Positions 17,014 to 26,390 of a stretch of DNA of 64,000 nt are shown here, in pieces. The DNA lies in the NCBI GenBank assembly GCA_902787025.1, contig CADAER010000005.1, forward strand, positions 417-64,416. Reading direction: 5' to 3'. Each line of letters starts with the position of its first letter. Position 1 is the stretch's first letter. The translations under genes were made by a program, and so were the position numbers. The notes below the pieces were generated by a model that worked only from the letters and a program-made list of their open reading frames with translations, did not search any database and was not told the origin of the DNA. The DNA comes from Oscillospiraceae bacterium (GTDB lineage: Bacteria; Bacillota; Clostridia; Oscillospirales; Acutalibacteraceae).

Positions 17014-18891
17014 TCAGCCCTCCGTATAGCCGCCCATTTCATTGAGACGGGTTTTGAATTCATCAGAGTAAAGCACTTCGAGGAAGGCTTTTACCATCGG
17101 GTTTTCAAGATACTTTTTGTCAATCAGAAATTCGTATGTTTCATTGCATATAGGAATAAAGTCGAGGTCATACATTTTCGCGGCGGAGTAAATTCCGAGG
17201 CCCGCGTCGGCATTACCCGCGGCAATGAGAGCCGCGACGGCGGTGTGAGTGAATTCCTCGTTGTTGTAGCCGTTTATTTCATCCGCGGATATTCCGTTTT
17301 TGTCAAGAAGATAATCGCAGAGTATTCTCGTTCCCGCTCCGCGCTGGCGGTTTACATAGCGGGCGTTTTTAATATCGGCAAATTCTTTGATTCCCAGAGG
17401 ATTGCCTTTTTTAACCATTAAGCCCTGAACTCTGCCCACGCCCCGAACGGCGAGGGCATTGCCCGACGGGATGTATTTTTCAATGTAAGATTTATTGTAT
17501 TCGCCTGTTTCGGCGTCGAGCAGATGAATGCCGCCCATGTGCGCGAGACCGTCGCGCACGGCGTAAATTGCGCCCATACTGCCGACATGGGTTGAACAGA
17601 CTCTGAACGGTGCGCCTTTCTTTGCGAGAAAGTCGGAAACCTCATCAATCAGCGGGTCGTGGCTGCCCGTGATAATCAAGGTGTTTTCGATTTCGCAAAG
17701 CGGTCTGTTGAGGCGTATCGCAACCTCCTCGCCCGCTTCGATTCCCTCGCAGTCCTGCGGAACAAGCAGAACTCCGTCCGCCTTTGTGAAGCTCGTAATC
17801 ACGCCCGCTCCTCTCGCGAGAGGCGAAGCGGAGAGTTTTTCTCCGATTCTGCCGAGTGACACACGGACATATTCGGTGTATTTAAGTGAGGAGACAATTT
17901 TTTTGGAGAGCGTAGCTTTTACCGTTTCGCCCTTTGCGCGCTCTTTGCCGTAATACATTGAAACAACATCGCCGACGATTTCATCCATAATAACTATTGC
18001 CGAAACAGGGTAGCCGGGGATGCCGATGATGGGCTTGCCCCGCGCCTCACCGAGAACCGCGGGCTTGCCGGGTTTTATCGCTATGCCGTGGACCAGTACG
18101 GTGCCGAGCGATGAAATAATCTCGCTTGTGTAATCATCTCTGCCCGCTGAGGAACCCGCCGAGATAAGAACAATATCACATTCGGCAAGAGCTTTCTCAA
18201 CGGCTGATTTAATCAGTTCTTTTTTATCGGGAGTTATCGGATATACTTTTGCTTCGGCTCCGAAGGAATCAAGCATACCCTTGAAGACGGTTGAGTTGAA
18301 TTCAATTATATCGCCTTTACCGGGATTGCTTGTGGGCGCAACTATCTCATCCCCTGTCGGAATAATGCCGGCAAGCGGTTTTTTCACAACCTCGATTTCG
18401 GTTATTCCGCCCGCGAGGAGCGCTCCGCAGAGAGACGGGGTGAGAACCGTTCCCGAGGGCGCAATCATATCGCCCATACAGATATCCTCGCCTACCTGGC
18501 GGACATTCTGCCAGGGATATACGGCGGAGATAATATTGAATTTGTCATCGCCCGCATCAATCAGATCCTCAACCATAATAACGGCATCGCAGCCGTCGGG
18601 AATCGGATCGCCGGTATCAACAACGGTGTAGTCGGCGACATCAAGCGTTACGGGAGTTTTTTCGCTCGCTCCGAAGGTCTTTTCCGATTTCACGGCAACG
18701 CCGTCCATAGCGCTTGCGTTGTAATGAGGCGAGCAGATAACGGCGTAGGCGGCGTTTTTAATCACTCTGCCGCAGGCGTCGGTTACTTTGACTGTTTCGG
18801 TCTTGCCCGAAAAGCCCGACGCTTGCAAGTGGTTGAAGAGAATTGTTTTCGCCTCGTCGAGAGGCACATTGTTTAAATAGTTGTGTTTCAT
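17014..18891 (-). CDS. moeA: MoeA fused to a C-terminal PBP (oxyanion-binding-like) domain
   Basis: SAMDGVAV, PTGDE, IKPGKP, GIPGYP; PBP part GSHD, VNRQRGAGTR. Confidence 0.9.
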   Translation of the reverse strand: MKHNYLNNVPLDEAKTILFNHLQASGFSGKTETVKVTDACGRVIKNAAYAVICSPHYNASAMDGVAVKSEKTFGASEKTPVTLDVADYTVVDTGDPIPDGCDAVIMVEDLIDAGDDKFNIISAVYPWQNVRQVGEDICMGDMIAPSGTVLTPSLCGALLAGGITEIEVVKKPLAGIIPTGDEIVAPTSNPGKGDIIEFNSTVFKGMLDSFGAEAKVYPITPDKKELIKSAVEKALAECDIVLISAGSSAGRDDYTSEIISSLGTVLVHGIAIKPGKPAVLGEARGKPIIGIPGYPVSAIVIMDEIVGDVVSMYYGKERAKGETVKATLSKKIVSSLKYTEYVRVSLGRIGEKLSASPLARGAGVITSFTKADGVLLVPQDCEGIEAGEEVAIRLNRPLCEIENTLIITGSHDPLIDEVSDFLAKKGAPFRVCSTHVGSMGAIYAVRDGLAHMGGIHLLDAETGEYNKSYIEKYIPSGNALAVRGVGRVQGLMVKKGNPLGIKEFADIKNARYVNRQRGAGTRILCDYLLDKNGISADEINGYNNEEFTHTAVAALIAAGNADAGLGIYSAAKMYDLDFIPICNETYEFLIDKKYLENPMVKAFLEVLYSDEFKTRLNEMGGYTEG

Positions 18892-20084
18892 AAGCTGTAT
18901 ATTCCCATCACTGTTCCTTTGCTCAGCCCTTCGGCGTTTCTCGGAATTCTTATGAAGCCCTTTGCTTCGGAGAGCACCGAGATTATGCCGGATTTTGTGT
19001 GCAGAGGAACAATTTCATTGTTTTCGTTTAATTTCACACAGAGGAATTCCTCTCTGCCGTGGTTTGAGGGGATATTCAAAGCGAGCGTGCCGTTATAAAC
19101 GGGCTTGTCTTCGGGCAGATTCATAATTCCGCGCAGATATTCGGTTACAACAAGACGGAACACGAAATAAGCCGCGAGCGGATGACCCGGAAGACCGAAT
19201 ACGGGTTTATCGTTTACAATTCCGAAAATTGTCGGCTTGCCGGGTTTCATCGCTATGCCGTGAAAATATGCCTTGCCGAGAGTGTCGATTATATCAACGG
19301 TCATATCTCTCGCGCCCGCCGACGAGCCGCCCGAAATAATGACGGCATCGGCTGTTTCAAGACATTCTCTGAGCGCTGTTTCTATTTCATCCCTTTTGTC
19401 CGCGACCGCGCCGTATTCAATCACTTCGCAACCGTATTCTCTGAACGCGGCGGACAGCAGGAATGTGTTTACATCTCTTATCTGACCTGGTTTCGGCGAA
19501 CCCGTAACAATTTCATCGCCTGTCGAGATAACGGCGACTTTCGGATTTTTATAAACCTGAACTTCGGTTATTCCGAGGGCGGCGAGCACGCCGATCTGAG
19601 AGGGTTTGATTAAAGTTCCCTTTTTCAGCGCGGTTTCGCCTTCGGAAACATCATCGCCTTTTCTTGTGATGTTTTCGTAAGGAGCGACCGATTTATACAC
19701 AAGGCACAGACCTTCGGCAGAATCGGTATGCTCGACCATAACGGCGGCATCCGCTCCTTCGGGGAGCATTCCGCCTGTTGAAATTTTCGCGCACTGACCT
19801 CTTTTGAGGATAAAGTCCGCGCTTTCGCCCATAAGAATTTCTCCGGCGATTTCAAGCTGTGCGGGTATTGAGGCACCCGCGCCGAAGGTGTCCGCCGCGC
19901 TGACCGCGTAACCGTCAACCGTAGTTCTGTCAAATGACGGAACATTTTCAGGAGACACGATATCGCGGGCGAGGACTCTGCCGCAGGCGTTACGGATGTT
20001 GACTTTTTCAATTCCGGGTGTGAGATGAGCCGTTTTTTCTCTGATGAGCGCGACAGCTTCTTCTCTGTTGAGAACATTAAGCAT
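18888..20084 (-). CDS. moeA: Molybdopterin molybdo/tungsto-transferase
   Basis: VDGYAV, STGDE, SGGSSAG, MKPGKP, GLPGHP. Confidence 0.95.
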   Translation of the reverse strand: MLNVLNREEAVALIREKTAHLTPGIEKVNIRNACGRVLARDIVSPENVPSFDRTTVDGYAVSAADTFGAGASIPAQLEIAGEILMGESADFILKRGQCAKISTGGMLPEGADAAVMVEHTDSAEGLCLVYKSVAPYENITRKGDDVSEGETALKKGTLIKPSQIGVLAALGITEVQVYKNPKVAVISTGDEIVTGSPKPGQIRDVNTFLLSAAFREYGCEVIEYGAVADKRDEIETALRECLETADAVIISGGSSAGARDMTVDIIDTLGKAYFHGIAMKPGKPTIFGIVNDKPVFGLPGHPLAAYFVFRLVVTEYLRGIMNLPEDKPVYNGTLALNIPSNHGREEFLCVKLNENNEIVPLHTKSGIISVLSEAKGFIRIPRNAEGLSKGTVMGIYSL

Positions 20085-20743
20085 TATATCTTCCACCCCG
20101 CAACAAAACTTTTTGCCCATTGAGTTTCGGGATTAGCGAGCGTTTCTTCGGGAGAGCCGTCAGTCTCGACTTTACCGCCGTTGAGAATTATCAGTCTGTC
20201 GGCGGCGTTCAGAGCCAGCAGCGGTGAATGGGTGCTCATAATCACAGTGCATCCGCTTTCACGCTGATAATCCTTTATCGCTTTTATTACAAGTTCGGCT
20301 CCCTTCGCGTCGCAGGCGGAGGTCGGTTCGTCAAGGAGCAGCAGATCGCATTTTCTTGAAAGCACGCGACAGAGCGACAGGCGCTGCAGTTCTCCGCCCG
20401 AGAGCGATTTCGCCTTTTTGCCGGCTAAATGGGAAAGTTCGAGCTTTTCAAGCAGTTCAAGCGCTTCTTTTCTGTCCGCGCCGCTTATCGTAATGTTTCT
20501 CAGAGTATCTCCGCGGAAAGCGTAGGAACTCTGCGGCATATAAAGAACATTTTCGGGAATGTGAAAACCGCCTTCGCTCCCCTTAATTATTCCCGCGAGG
20601 ATTTTAAGCAGGGTTGTTTTACCGCTGCCGTTCGCGCCCGCGAGAGCCGCTGTTTCGCCGTCTCTGAATTCAAGTCCGGGTATATCAAGCACGGTTCTTT
20701 CGCCGTATATTTTTTTAAGATTCTTTATTTCAACCATCGGCAT
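20084..20743 (-). CDS. tupC: Tungstate ABC transporter ATPase
   Basis: GANGSGKTT, LSGGE, LDEPT; follows tupAB. Confidence 0.8.
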   Translation of the reverse strand: MPMVEIKNLKKIYGERTVLDIPGLEFRDGETAALAGANGSGKTTLLKILAGIIKGSEGGFHIPENVLYMPQSSYAFRGDTLRNITISGADRKEALELLEKLELSHLAGKKAKSLSGGELQRLSLCRVLSRKCDLLLLDEPTSACDAKGAELVIKAIKDYQRESGCTVIMSTHSPLLALNAADRLIILNGGKVETDGSPEETLANPETQWAKSFVAGWKI

Positions 20744-21416
20744 TCTCCTTCACGATAAACGAGGCAACAGCGTTGACGGCGAACGCGATAATAAGCAGGA
20801 TTATGCCGAGGGCGAGGGCAAATGAGAATTTGCCCTTGTTGGTTTCAAGCATAATTGCGGTTGTCATAACTCTTGTTTTCCACTGAATATTGCCGCCGAC
20901 TATGCTGACGGCTCCGACCTCGGCTATTGAGCGGCCGAAGGCGTTGAGAACAACGGAAAACAGCGAAGAGCGCCCTTCGCCTATGCACAGGCGGGCGGTT
21001 TTGAGCCCGGAAAAACCAAGCCCCCTCGCCGTTTCAATGACAGGCTTTGAAGCGCTCTCTATAAATGATGATGTGAGCCCGATTACCACAGGTGTTATGA
21101 GCATAACCTGAGCCACAACCATAACCCTGACGGTAAAGAGCATATTGAGCTTTCCGAAAGGTCCGTAGTGAGTAAACAGAGAATACACTATCAGGCCTGC
21201 CACCACAGGCGGCAAGCCCATAAGAGTGTGTATCAGTTTTTTTATAAACGATTTCCCGCGGAAGGACTTTGAACCGATAAGCGAACCGAGAGGCAGACCT
21301 ATCAGGCAGGAAATCAGCGTGCTGAAAAATGACATTCTCAGCGTGACGCCGATTATCTGCAAAAGTTCCCTGTCCGGCGGAAAAAGAAGTTCAAACGCCT
21401 GACGGAAGCTTTCCAT
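20730..21416 (-). CDS. tupB: Tungstate ABC transporter permease
   Basis: LMGLPPVVAGL, EVGAVSIVGGNI..TRVMTTAI. Confidence 0.9.
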   Translation of the reverse strand: MESFRQAFELLFPPDRELLQIIGVTLRMSFFSTLISCLIGLPLGSLIGSKSFRGKSFIKKLIHTLMGLPPVVAGLIVYSLFTHYGPFGKLNMLFTVRVMVVAQVMLITPVVIGLTSSFIESASKPVIETARGLGFSGLKTARLCIGEGRSSLFSVVLNAFGRSIAEVGAVSIVGGNIQWKTRVMTTAIMLETNKGKFSFALALGIILLIIAFAVNAVASFIVKENADG

Positions 21417-21426
21417 CTGTCAATGA

Positions 21427-22284
21427 TTAAAGCAGATTGAAAAGGGCAACGCCGTATTCGGCTTCACCGTATTTTGCAATAAGTTCGCTCGCTTCGTCGG
21501 AGAGCATCCAGTCGATAAACGCCTGCGCGCCATCGGTGTTGAGACCGTCAATCTTTTCGGGGTTGACTGCGATGAGCGAATAAGTGTTTTTCATATCCTC
21601 GCCTTCGGCAAGAACGATGTCGAGGTCGAGTTCATCCTGCATTGAGAGGAAGGTCGCCTTGTCTGTCAGGCAGTATGCCTGCTGCTCGCTTGCCATTGTA
21701 AGGCAGGCGCCCATGCCCTGACCCGCGCTGATATACCAGCTGTCGCTTTCGGCGTCGGGAGCGATGTCGCCCCAGATTTTGAGTTCGGCTTTATGTGTGC
21801 CGCTCTCGTCTCCGCGGGAGACAAACTTGCTTTCGCTCTCTCTGATTTTCGCGAAAGCGGTTGCCGCGTCGGCGCTGTCTTTAACACCCGCTGGATCGTC
21901 CTTGGGACCGACGATTACGAAATAGTTATACATAAACGGAAGTCTCTCAACGCCGTAGCCGCCATCAATAAACTCCTCTTCGGACGCTTTGGCGTGAACA
22001 AGAATAACATCGGCGTTGCCGTCGATTGCTTTCTGGATGGCCGCGCCTGTACCTGCGGACTGAACCTCAACTTTATAGCCGGTTTCCGCTTCAAATGCCG
22101 GAAGCAGATAAGGAAGAAGGCCCGAGTCGTTGACCGATGTGGTGGTTGAAAGACGGATAACCGGATTTTCGGGTGTTTCAACAACCTGAGAAGTTGATTC
22201 CGGTTCGGTTTCTGTCTTTGAGCCGCAGGCGGCAAGACCGGCCACGAGAATGAGAGCCAATAAAACTGCAAATATTCTTTTCAT
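21427..22284 (-). CDS. tupA: Tungstate-binding lipoprotein
   Basis: Lipobox LAAC, TTTS signature, GTGAA, SRGDESGTH. Confidence 0.9.
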   Translation of the reverse strand: MKRIFAVLLALILVAGLAACGSKTETEPESTSQVVETPENPVIRLSTTTSVNDSGLLPYLLPAFEAETGYKVEVQSAGTGAAIQKAIDGNADVILVHAKASEEEFIDGGYGVERLPFMYNYFVIVGPKDDPAGVKDSADAATAFAKIRESESKFVSRGDESGTHKAELKIWGDIAPDAESDSWYISAGQGMGACLTMASEQQAYCLTDKATFLSMQDELDLDIVLAEGEDMKNTYSLIAVNPEKIDGLNTDGAQAFIDWMLSDEASELIAKYGEAEYGVALFNLL

Positions 22285-22414
22285 GATATTTACTCCTTTT
22301 CAAACACGGAAGGCACCGCCGTTTCCCGCGATACCCTTAAGCCGATGGATGTATTTCGGCTTCGGCTTAACAGGCATACAATTACGCTTAGCCCGCAAAG
22401 CTCGGATAATATCA
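22285..22414 (-). ncRNA. Moco RNA motif (Mo/W-cofactor riboswitch candidate)
   Basis: Minus strand TCCGAGC...CTAAG...TATG, stem ttaagccga/tcggcttaa, AGGG, GGAAAC loop, GCCTTCCG...GAAAAGGAG; closing stem tgatatt/aatatca encloses the tupA RBS. Confidence 0.85.
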
Positions 22415-22504
22415 CAACCATACTATAACACACATATTTTTAAATTAAAAGTATTTTTGTTGTTTTTTGGAAAATACTGTGATATTATTTAAATGGTGAT
22501 TTAT

Positions 22505-22999
22505 ATGAGATTCGGAATAATATGCGTAAGCGACAGATGTTTTTCAGGCGAAAAAGAAGATATGAGCGGCCCCGCGATAGCCGAATGCGTCAAGGAACTG
22601 TCAACCGAAAATGAATACCGACTTGTGCCCGACGAAAAAGAGATGATTGAAAAAGCTATAATATCACTCTCCGATGATTTCGGAGCCGATGTTGTTTTCA
22701 CAACTGGCGGCACGGGCTTTGCTCCGAGGGACATAACACCCGAAGCGACAAAAGCGGTTATTGAAAAGGAAGTTCCCGGCATCTCCGAGGCGATAAGGGC
22801 GAAAAGTCTTGAAATTACCGACAGAGCGATGCTTTCGAGAGCGGTCAGCGGAATAAGAGGCAAAACGCTTATAATCAATCTTCCCGGCAGCCCGAAGGCG
22901 GTCAGAGAAAGCATTGCGGTTGTGCTTCCCGTTCTTGAACACGCGGTTGAGACGATAAGCGGAAACACGCAGAACTGCGGAGGTAATTACGGGAAATGA
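22505..22999 (+). CDS. mogA: Molybdopterin adenylyltransferase (MogA/MoaB)
   Basis: VSDR, TTGGTGFAPRDITPEAT, NLPGSPKA. Confidence 0.9.
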   Translation: MRFGIICVSDRCFSGEKEDMSGPAIAECVKELSTENEYRLVPDEKEMIEKAIISLSDDFGADVVFTTGGTGFAPRDITPEATKAVIEKEVPGISEAIRAKSLEITDRAMLSRAVSGIRGKTLIINLPGSPKAVRESIAVVLPVLEHAVETISGNTQNCGGNYGK

Positions 23000-23643
23000 G
23001 TCTGAAATCCGACATTCAGGGCTTTGATATTTCATCAAAAAGCGCGGTCGTTGTCGGTTGCGGAGGCCTCGGCACAAACGCATCCGTTCACCTTGCGGGC
23101 ACGGGTATAGGCAGACTGCTCCTGATTGATTTTGACAGCGTTGAGGAGCGAAACCTCAACAGACAGTTTTTCTACACAAAAGATGACACTGGTATTGAAA
23201 AAGCCCGTCTGCTTGCAGAAAAGCTTAAAGCATACGCGCCCGAGGTTGAAATTGATTATAAATCCTCACGATTCGAGGATTCTTTTATTAACGGCTATGA
23301 CATAGTGATAATCGCCGTTGACAACATAGCGACAAGGGCGCAGGTCAACGGTTGCTGCAAAAAAGCGGGCGTTCCCTGTGTGAACGGCAGCATAAACGGC
23401 TTTTTCGGCACGGCTTATCTGTATATTCCCGGTAAAACTCCCGACCTCGAAGCGGCGGGCTGTCTCAATGAAACGGGCAGCAAAAACAAGTCGCCGAGCA
23501 CAACGGCGGCGATTATCGGATCATTTGAAGCGCAGCTCGCTGTTGATTATTTTCTCGGCAAAACCGAAAGTGCGGGCAAGCTTTACATTTACGACAACAA
23601 CGAAATTCACAAACTTGAAATAAGGAGTGAGAAAATTGACTGA
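22996..23643 (+). CDS. moeB: ThiF/MoeB adenylyltransferase
   Basis: GCGGLG, NLNRQ, AVDN..TR; Zn CxxC motifs absent. Confidence 0.85.
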   Translation: MSLKSDIQGFDISSKSAVVVGCGGLGTNASVHLAGTGIGRLLLIDFDSVEERNLNRQFFYTKDDTGIEKARLLAEKLKAYAPEVEIDYKSSRFEDSFINGYDIVIIAVDNIATRAQVNGCCKKAGVPCVNGSINGFFGTAYLYIPGKTPDLEAAGCLNETGSKNKSPSTTAAIIGSFEAQLAVDYFLGKTESAGKLYIYDNNEIHKLEIRSEKID

Positions 23644-25573
23644 TTACTGCGGTTATATGGGCAGAGTTCTGTTTGTTGACCTCACTAAACAGACCTGGGA
23701 GGAGTTCCCCTGGACCGACAAGGACAGGGAACGCACGCTCGGCGGAAAGATTATGGCGGCGGATATTCTGCTTCATCATATCAAGCCCGGTATGAAGGCG
23801 TTCGACGAGGACAACTGGCTGGTTGTCACAACCGGTCCTCTTACCGGTTGCGGCTGCCCGAACACATCGAGATTCAATATTTCCACCATCTCTCCGCTTA
23901 CAAACATTGTCACCTCCTCGAACTGCGGAGGCGACTTCGGTCTCTCACTCAAAAGAGCGGGTTATGACGCCGTAATATTCACTGGCAGAAGCGAAAATCC
24001 CGTTACCGTTCACATCACCTGCGACGATGTCAAATTCGAGAGCGCCGAGGAAATCTGGGGACTTACCACGGGCGAAGCGCAGGAGAAGCTGTCCGATTAT
24101 CCGGGCAGGCTCGTCATCGGCCCAGCGGGTGAAAACAAGGTGCTTTACGCCTGTGTTTTCAGCAATGAGAGAACAGCAGGCAGAGGCGGCGTAGGCGCTG
24201 TTTTCGGCGACAAAAAGCTCAAAGCGGTAACCGCATTCGGCACCAAACTGCCGAAAATTGCAAAAGAAGAAAAACTCAGGGATCTGAATAAAAAATGGAC
24301 CAAACTCCTGCATACACACCCCCTTACAGGCAGACAGCTCCCCAAACTCGGAAGCGCGGGTCTGGTTGCTCCGATGCAGGCTCACTCAATACTTGCCACC
24401 AAGAATTTTTCGGCGGGCAGATTTGACGGTTTCGAGAAGGTTTCGGGCGAGGAGCTTGCCGAGAATCATCTTGTTTCAAACGCTGCCTGCACGGGCTGTG
24501 TCATCCGCTGCGCGAGAAAAGTTGTTGTCAACGGCAAGGTCGTCAAAGGCCCCGAACTTGAAACTCTCGGTCTTTTCGGCCCCAACATTTTAAATGACGA
24601 TATTGAAAAAATCCTCAAATGGAATTACGAGCTTGATGAACTCGGTATGGATGCTATCTCCTGCGCGGGCTCAATCGCATTCGCCATGGAGCTTGCCGAA
24701 AAAGGCGTTCACGATTTCGGAGTTCATTTCGGAGAAACAGATAATATCTCGCAGATGTTTGAGGATATCGCCTACCGCAGAGGCGAGGGCAACGATATTG
24801 CCGACGGCTCAAAACGGATGAGCGACAAATACGGCGGAAAAGAATACGCCATAAACGCAAAAGGTATGGAACTCGCGGCTTACGAACCGCGCCACGCGGT
24901 CGGTCAGGGTCTCGGCTACGCCACAGCAAACAGAGGCGGTTGCCACCTCAACGCGGGATATATGGTTGTTGTGGAAGGTCTCGGCCTTGATGTCAACTCC
25001 CTTACGCCTCACGGCAAGGCAGCGCTTGCCATTATGTTCCAGAACCTTATGGAATCCGTCTCCGCGGGCGGCAGCTGTATGTTCACAAGTTACGCTGTTC
25101 TGCCCGGCTTCCTGATTGCAAAGCCGAACATGCTTCTTACCAAGATTATTCTCGGAGCGTTTCCGTATGTAGGTCCCGTTGTGAATCTGCTGAGCCATTT
25201 CACGAAGGTTCCTCAGTTGAATATTCCGCTTCTTCCTCACGCCATCGCCGTAAAGCACGCAACGGGTATGAAATCCAATATGGCAAAATATCTCACCTGG
25301 GGCGCTTACGGATGGAACGCGGAACGAATGTCAAATGTTATTCTCGGTCAGAAGGCGGGCGCGGACAAACTCCCGAAGCGTCTGACGGATGAACTGCAGG
25401 ATCCCAACAATCCCAAAACTAAGGTTCCTCTTGAACAGATGAAAAAGGTTTTCTACCGCGCAAGAGGATGGAAGGACGGAATTCCGACTTGGCACCGTCT
25501 TAAAACTCTCGGCATAAAGATAGACAAATCCGTTTATGACGCCGCGGTCGCCGCCGCGAAAAAGCCCGATTAA
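23627..25573 (+). CDS. aor: Aldehyde:ferredoxin oxidoreductase family (tungstoenzyme)
   Basis: SNCGGDFG, IGPAGEN, AGRGGVGAV, CTGCVIRC, DELGMDAIS, NRGGCH. Confidence 0.9.
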   Translation: MRKLTDYCGYMGRVLFVDLTKQTWEEFPWTDKDRERTLGGKIMAADILLHHIKPGMKAFDEDNWLVVTTGPLTGCGCPNTSRFNISTISPLTNIVTSSNCGGDFGLSLKRAGYDAVIFTGRSENPVTVHITCDDVKFESAEEIWGLTTGEAQEKLSDYPGRLVIGPAGENKVLYACVFSNERTAGRGGVGAVFGDKKLKAVTAFGTKLPKIAKEEKLRDLNKKWTKLLHTHPLTGRQLPKLGSAGLVAPMQAHSILATKNFSAGRFDGFEKVSGEELAENHLVSNAACTGCVIRCARKVVVNGKVVKGPELETLGLFGPNILNDDIEKILKWNYELDELGMDAISCAGSIAFAMELAEKGVHDFGVHFGETDNISQMFEDIAYRRGEGNDIADGSKRMSDKYGGKEYAINAKGMELAAYEPRHAVGQGLGYATANRGGCHLNAGYMVVVEGLGLDVNSLTPHGKAALAIMFQNLMESVSAGGSCMFTSYAVLPGFLIAKPNMLLTKIILGAFPYVGPVVNLLSHFTKVPQLNIPLLPHAIAVKHATGMKSNMAKYLTWGAYGWNAERMSNVILGQKAGADKLPKRLTDELQDPNNPKTKVPLEQMKKVFYRARGWKDGIPTWHRLKTLGIKIDKSVYDAAVAAAKKPD

Positions 25574-25585
25574 GGAGGCGTGATT

Positions 25586-25837
25586 ATGGCAAAGGTAAAT
25601 GTAAAACTTTTCGGAGTTTACAGAGTTGACACCCATATTTCCGATATTGAAATCGAAGCCGAAAAACTCTCGGATCTGCTTGAGGAACTCAATAAAATAG
25701 CTGTCGGTGAGCATAAGAGCAGCATCTCGTTTTCGGATGCTTCGGTATTCATCAACGGCACCAACTGCAAGAAGAAAAAGTTTAAACTCAGCGACGGAGA
25801 CGAAGTGTGGCTTCTCTCACCCGCATCGGGAGGTTGA
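25586..25837 (+). CDS. moaD: MoaD/ThiS sulfur carrier
   Basis: LSDGDEVWLLSPASGG C-terminus. Confidence 0.9.
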   Translation: MAKVNVKLFGVYRVDTHISDIEIEAEKLSDLLEELNKIAVGEHKSSISFSDASVFINGTNCKKKKFKLSDGDEVWLLSPASGG

Positions 25838-25839
25838 TT

Positions 25840-26220
25840 ATGGCTTTCAGAATTGACGAAAATGTATGCGTAGGCTGCGGAGGATGCGCTTTCATCTGCC
25901 TTTTCGGGGCGATAAGCGCGGCAAACGATGATTCGTCTCTCTACGTAATTGACGACACAAAATGTGTTGAGTGCTCACAGTGCTCGCATGTGTGCCCGGT
26001 CAGCGCGATAAGCGCTCCCGATGGCTATAAACCGATTAAAAAGGTTACGATTACCGCCGAAAAATGCAAGGGTTGTTCGCTGTGCAGCAGAGTTTGCAAG
26101 GCGGGCGCTCCCACAGGCAAAATCAAAGAGCCGTTCGAAATCAATCAGGAAAAATGTTTCAAATGCGGCGTCTGCGCCTCAAAATGCAAATTTGAAGCGA
26201 TTGAGGTTGAATACGAATAA
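25840..26220 (+). CDS. Polyferredoxin with four [4Fe-4S] motifs
   Basis: Four CxxCxxCxxxC motifs. Confidence 0.9.
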   Translation: MAFRIDENVCVGCGGCAFICLFGAISAANDDSSLYVIDDTKCVECSQCSHVCPVSAISAPDGYKPIKKVTITAEKCKGCSLCSRVCKAGAPTGKIKEPFEINQEKCFKCGVCASKCKFEAIEVEYE

Positions 26221-26232
26221 AACAGTGTATAA

Positions 26233-26267
26233 GCCCCGCAGGCAAGACCTGCGGGGCGAATTTTTTT
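26233..26267 (+). terminator. Intrinsic terminator of the aor operon
   Basis: gccccgcagg-caaga-cctgcggggc followed by a T tract. Confidence 0.8.
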
Positions 26268-26390
26268 GAGTTCATTATCCTTTTGCTTGTCAGTCAACCC
26301 AAGTGCGCAGTATTTGGTCTCAGCATATTGACCTGAGCGGTATATTTGATATAATGTTTATGTTCATTAAAAAGGAACCGGAGGTTCGCC

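Noticed and set aside
22996-25837. ThiF plus Ubl as an anti-phage ubiquitin-like system
   Set aside because: Context (mogA, aor) explains them as MoeB and MoaD.
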